Below are positions 53,531 through 64,000 of a stretch of DNA of 64,000 bases, piece by piece. Numbering within the stretch: the stretch's first letter is position 1; each line of letters opens with the position of its first letter. Made by a program: the position numbers and the translations under genes. The notes under the pieces are model-generated. The model had not been told where the DNA came from and ran no database searches. It worked only from the letters and a program-made list of their open reading frames with translations. The DNA is from an uncultured Gemmatimonadales bacterium (lineage in GTDB: Bacteria; Gemmatimonadota; Gemmatimonadetes; Gemmatimonadales; GWC2-71-9): the NCBI GenBank assembly GCA_963842945.1, contig CAWJIM010000016.1, forward strand, positions 128,001 to 192,000, read 5' to 3'.

Positions 53531-55696
53531 TTGCCCAGTGGCCTGCTGTTCCTGCTTACGCTACCGACACCGCTTCTTACCGGCCAAACCTCGAGCTCGC
53601 GGTCCGAGTTCGAGCGGCTCAAAGACTCAGTCGCCAGTACCAGCCGATACGCTTCGGCTCCTCCCGCATTACCGGCACAGCGATGGACCACTCCGCGCCG
53701 GGATCATTGGTATCCGCCTGGGTGAGCTGGGTGCCGATCCCGATTTCAGCGAGGCACTCTCGCTTCCCGCGAGGCCGCCAGCGCGCCTCTCACCGGCCGG
53801 AACCGTGGTACTGGCCTGGGACTCGCCCAGGAAGGGCGGAGCGCAGTGGGAGATGCAGGACTGACTCAGCTGGGCAGTCGCGTGGGCGGTGAAGGCGCTG
53901 GAACGGGCCAGCGCTCACCACCGCAGGGCCCTCGTAGCATCGATCCCTCGCTACACAGCGGCCGCGCATCGCATGGCGCAGTTCGACCTTTCGCTGCAGC
54001 GACACACGCCCGCGACTTGCCCAATCCATACCCGCCCTTCGGAAAGCCGCCGTAGGTCAGCCGAGGCTTCGGCGCTGACGTCGTGCTTGCCTACGGGGGC
54101 GGGTCGAGAGAGCCGCTGGGAGCCTCGCGTGGCAGCTGCGGGCGCTTTTCGCCAGTACCTTCACGCCGGGCACGAACCGCGCCCTCGGACAGCCTAGAGC
54201 TAGCGCGAACGCTGCCTGGCACTGGGTGAAAGTCCTGAGGGACAGATCGCGTATTACGAGGGTGCTTCCCTGGCTGATGCCCGTAGCCCATCATCAGATT
54301 ACCAGGCCAGACCTCGTAGCCCCTGGCGGGTGACTACCGTCCGTCGTCAGTTGGACACCTCGTGGGACTCACGGGCGAGCGCCTCGCGCTGGCGCTTGCT
54401 CCATCGCTTCTGGAACGATCGCGATCGCCTGGAGTTTCGGTCCCGAGGGAGAACGGTTACGCGAGCATTACCGCCGGCTTCAGTATGCTCGGCTTCACTT
54501 CCCCCTGACTATCAGCCGCCGTTTCTACGGCGGGCCGATGCCTATAGGTCCGGGGAGCCTTCGAAGCTCGACGACCGCGGGATCATCTACATTCGCCAGG
54601 GCGAGCCCTCGAGCGGCTTCGGCCGTTCGTGTTCGGCGCCATGCCCAACGAGTCCTGGAGCTACAGCCGGGCGGAAGGCGATTTGCTTCTGCATTTCAGC
54701 GGTGGCTTCGACGGAACGGTGGAGGCGACCTGTACGATTATCGGCTGGTTCAGAGCGTGCTCGATTTACGCGGTGCTGCCGACGCACCCCGGACCAACTG
54801 ATCCTGTCTCGGCAGACATTGTCCCCCGTTTACGCCGCATGCTGAACTGGGGTCGCTTCGGCTCGGCCGACGACGCGGCGCGGGAGCGGCAGCATTGGGG
54901 CGGCAAGCATCTGGGTAGGCACTACCAGCGATAGCTACGAGCTTCAGTTCCGCCGCAGGCTGGGGGCGGTAGCCGATCTCATCGCCGTTGGCGGAGTCCG
55001 AGGAGGCGTTAGCCCACTTCGTCTTGGGATCGCGGCACCCGGCACAACGGGCAGAGATCGCGCGGGAATCCAATATCGTGTCGAGCTCGCCTCGTGGCCC
55101 TGGACCGCCACGAACGGGCGGTCGCCACCCTGGATACGACCCTGGTGATCCGGCACGACCATGCCGCTGACTGAGAAGGAGTTCGTCGTCGGTCGGGTCG
55201 AGCTGCCGCTCCCGCCGGGCGATGGGGCTACCGCTCGGCCATGCAGGAGGGAGACAGCGGGGGCGTGATCGTTCCCCGCGACTCCGTATTGGTAGCCACC
55301 ACGGTGGGTGCCCCCGCCCTGAGCGACTCGCGCTGGGGTCGCCCGGCCGGGCCGTTCCCTGGATAACCGACGCCGGGGACACCGTACTGCTGGCGCCGTC
55401 GAAGATCTTCCGGGAAGATTCTCAAGTGGTGATCTACTATGAGGTCCGTGGTGTCAGGACTGGCGCCGGGTATCGCCACCAGATTGCCGTACTTCGAAGC
55501 GGCCGTGAAACCGGCGCCGGCGTCCGCTCGTGGCGTTGTCGTTCGAGGAAGTCGCCGCAAGCCCGGTGATCCGATCTCGCCGAGTGGTAAAGCTCGAACG
55601 GCTCAAGCAGGGCGGCTACATCGTAGAGGTGAAAGTGAGTGGTCCTGGAGGGCAACAGAGGTCAGACGGCGGCTCATCCACATCATCGGCAACTAA
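53531..55696 (+). CDS. Large secreted hypothetical protein with GWxTD-like region; sequence badly garbled
   Basis: Signal-like N-terminus; fragments FWNDRDRLE, LDDRGIIYIRQGEP, PNESWSY, IYYEV, GGYIVEVKV in different frames. Confidence 0.55.
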
Positions 55697-55705
55697 GCCC
55701 GTCGT

Positions 55706-61396
<5,691 letters not shown>

Positions 61397-61456
61397 GGGG
61401 CGGAATAATACGGTACGGGCGTAGCGAGGAAGCTGGTCCGAAGCGATGCCGGCTGC

Positions 61457-62717
61457 TCAGACACTCGCAATCCCGAGCGCGCTGCATCACGTCGCCGACG
61501 GTGTGGAACGAGCCGGTCACCAGGACGGTCCCCGCGCCCTCGCTGGACCGTGCGCGAGCGCCTCCTCGAAGTCCGGCACCAGGGTCCACGCCGCCTGCGC
61601 CGGCGGCCGGGCGGGCTCGGCGCAGCCAGCGGCCGAGCCAGTCGAGGTCCCACCCGCGGCCGGCCGCGGTCGGCGCCATCGTGAGGATGCCCCGGTCGAC
61701 GCCCGGTCGAGCTCGACCAGCATCTCGGGCCAGTCCTTGTCGCCCAGGATCGAGACCAGCGCGTGGAGCGGCCGCGGCGGGCCGAGTCCTGCGAGCGCTC
61801 GCGACCAGCGCGCGCACGCCGTCGGGGTTGTGGGCGACGTCGAAGAGCCAGCGGCCCCGCCGGTCGAGCCGCCCGGCGATCCAGGCGCACGCCGAAGCCG
61901 CGCGCTCGACTGCGTCCGGGGCGGGCCGGTAGGGCGCCGGCAGGGCCATCAGGATGCCGTGGGCGACCGCCGCGTTCCGCCGCTGGTGCGGGCCCGCCAG
62001 GCCGAGCGGGCCGCGTCCACTCGTACTCCGGCGGCAGCACCCGGATGTCGGCACCGAGCCGCGCCGGGGCCGCCCGCGCCACCGCCCGCCGCGCTTCCCG
62101 GCGCAGCACCTCGACCAGGGCCGGGTCGCGTCTCGCCGATCACGAACGGCGCGCCGGGCTTGGCGATGCCGGCCTTCTCGCAGGCGATCTGCTCCAGCGT
62201 GTCGCCCAGGTACTTCATGTGGTCGCAGCTCGATCTTGGTCACCGCGCTGACCAGCGGGCTGCACCACGTTGGTGCTGTCGAGCCGTCCGCCGAGGCCGA
62301 CCTCGACCACCGCGATCTCGGCGCCGCGGGCCGCGAAGTCGGCGAAGGCGATGCGCGGTGGTGGCCTCGAAGAACGTGGCCTTCGCGCTCCGGATGAGCG
62401 GCCGGAGCCGCTCGGTCCACATCGCCACCGCCTCCTCGCGCGATCGGCACGCCCGTCCACCCGGATGCGCTCGCGGAAGGAGACCAGGTGCGGCGAGGTG
62501 TAGAGCCCGACCCGCCATCCCGCCTCGCCCAGCGCCGCGCGCCACCAGCGTCGACGACGCTGCCCTTCCCGTTGGTGCCGCCGACGTGAATCGATGGGCA
62601 TGACCGTGCGGGTTGCCCAGCGACCGCGAGCAGGGCGCGCGTGGTGTCGAGCCCGAACTTGATCGTGGTGGTGCGGGGAAAGAGGAAGTCGAGCGCCTCG
62701 TCGTAGGTCAGCGACAT
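61457..62717 (-). CDS. folC: Folylpolyglutamate/dihydrofolate synthase (multiple frameshifts)
   Basis: HVGGTNGKGS, YTSPHL..FRERI, EVGLGGRLDSTN, EKAGI, DVAHNPDG, VTGSFHTVG. Confidence 0.93.
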
Positions 62718-62758
62718 GTCAGGCTCGGTGAGGTCGCGGTCAGGGGCCCGGAACGACA

Positions 62759-62791
62759 GGCGCCCCACCCGGCGATCGCGGGTGGGGCGCC
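62759..62791. other. Perfect 13-bp GC-rich hairpin between accD and folC
   Basis: GGCGCCCCACCCG-gcgatcg-CGGGTGGGGCGCC; no U-tract. Confidence 0.7.
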
Positions 62792-62800
62792 GGACACCGA

Positions 62801-63697
<897 letters not shown>

Positions 63698-63806
63698 AGG
63701 AAGCAGGTGCGTCAGAGGGTCGAAGGGGACCGAGGCGACTCGAAAGGCCCATGGCAATCTCATGCGACCCGGCCTCCGCGCCAGACCCTAACACGTAAGT
63801 CGTTGC

Positions 63807-64000
63807 TCATACATCAGGATAGCCAGACAGCCTCGAGTCCCAGGCCACCCGGAGCGCCAGCCCCAGGCAGAGCGAGCAGATCATGAAGAACGAGCCGCCG
63901 TAGGAGAAGAACGGCAGCGGAATGCCGGTGATCGGCATGAGGTTGATCGTCATCCCGACGTTCTCGAACACGTGGGTGAAGAACAGTCCCAGGATCCCGA
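63807..64000 (-). CDS. rodA: SEDS family protein (RodA), C-terminal end only
   Basis: Hand translation: HVFENVGMTINLMPITGIPLPFFSYGGSFF...SGYPDV*. RodA rather than FtsW is inferred from the ITGIPLP motif. Confidence 0.8.
   Translation of the reverse strand, partial: GILGLFFTHVFENVGMTINLMPITGIPLPFFSYGGSFFMICSLCLGLALRVAWDSRLSGYPDV

Overview
A GC-rich bacterial chromosome segment. Gene order and protein style suggest Gemmatimonadota, which is an inference and was not searched. It is mostly housekeeping: phoH-aspS, rlmN, pan/fol/trp genes, lexA, truA-htrA-pur operon with psd/pssA and ppdK, tmRNA, dusB-larB-corA-GGDEF, and guaA-lysA-proS-hisS-folC-accD-rodA. The standout accessory block is a compact serine-cycle (C1/glyoxylate assimilation) cluster at 6153-15765: sgaA-mcl-mtkA-mtkB-hpr-ppc plus a divergent glycerate kinase. 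Its predicted sigma70 promoter is overlapped by a perfect Rex-type operator (TTGTGAA-N4-TTCACAA). Other notable signals are inverted heptamer-repeat arrays (one enclosing a degraded four-helix-bundle gene), a tandem CCGAA-N6-CCGAA candidate LexA box, a HEAT-repeat/HD-GYP pair with a shared N-terminal domain inside the trp operon, and several apparently leaderless genes. Many essential genes carry single-base frameshifts. Beyond about 48.9 kb the error rate rises sharply and codon GC increases, which points to low-accuracy long-read or mosaic consensus rather than true pseudogenes.
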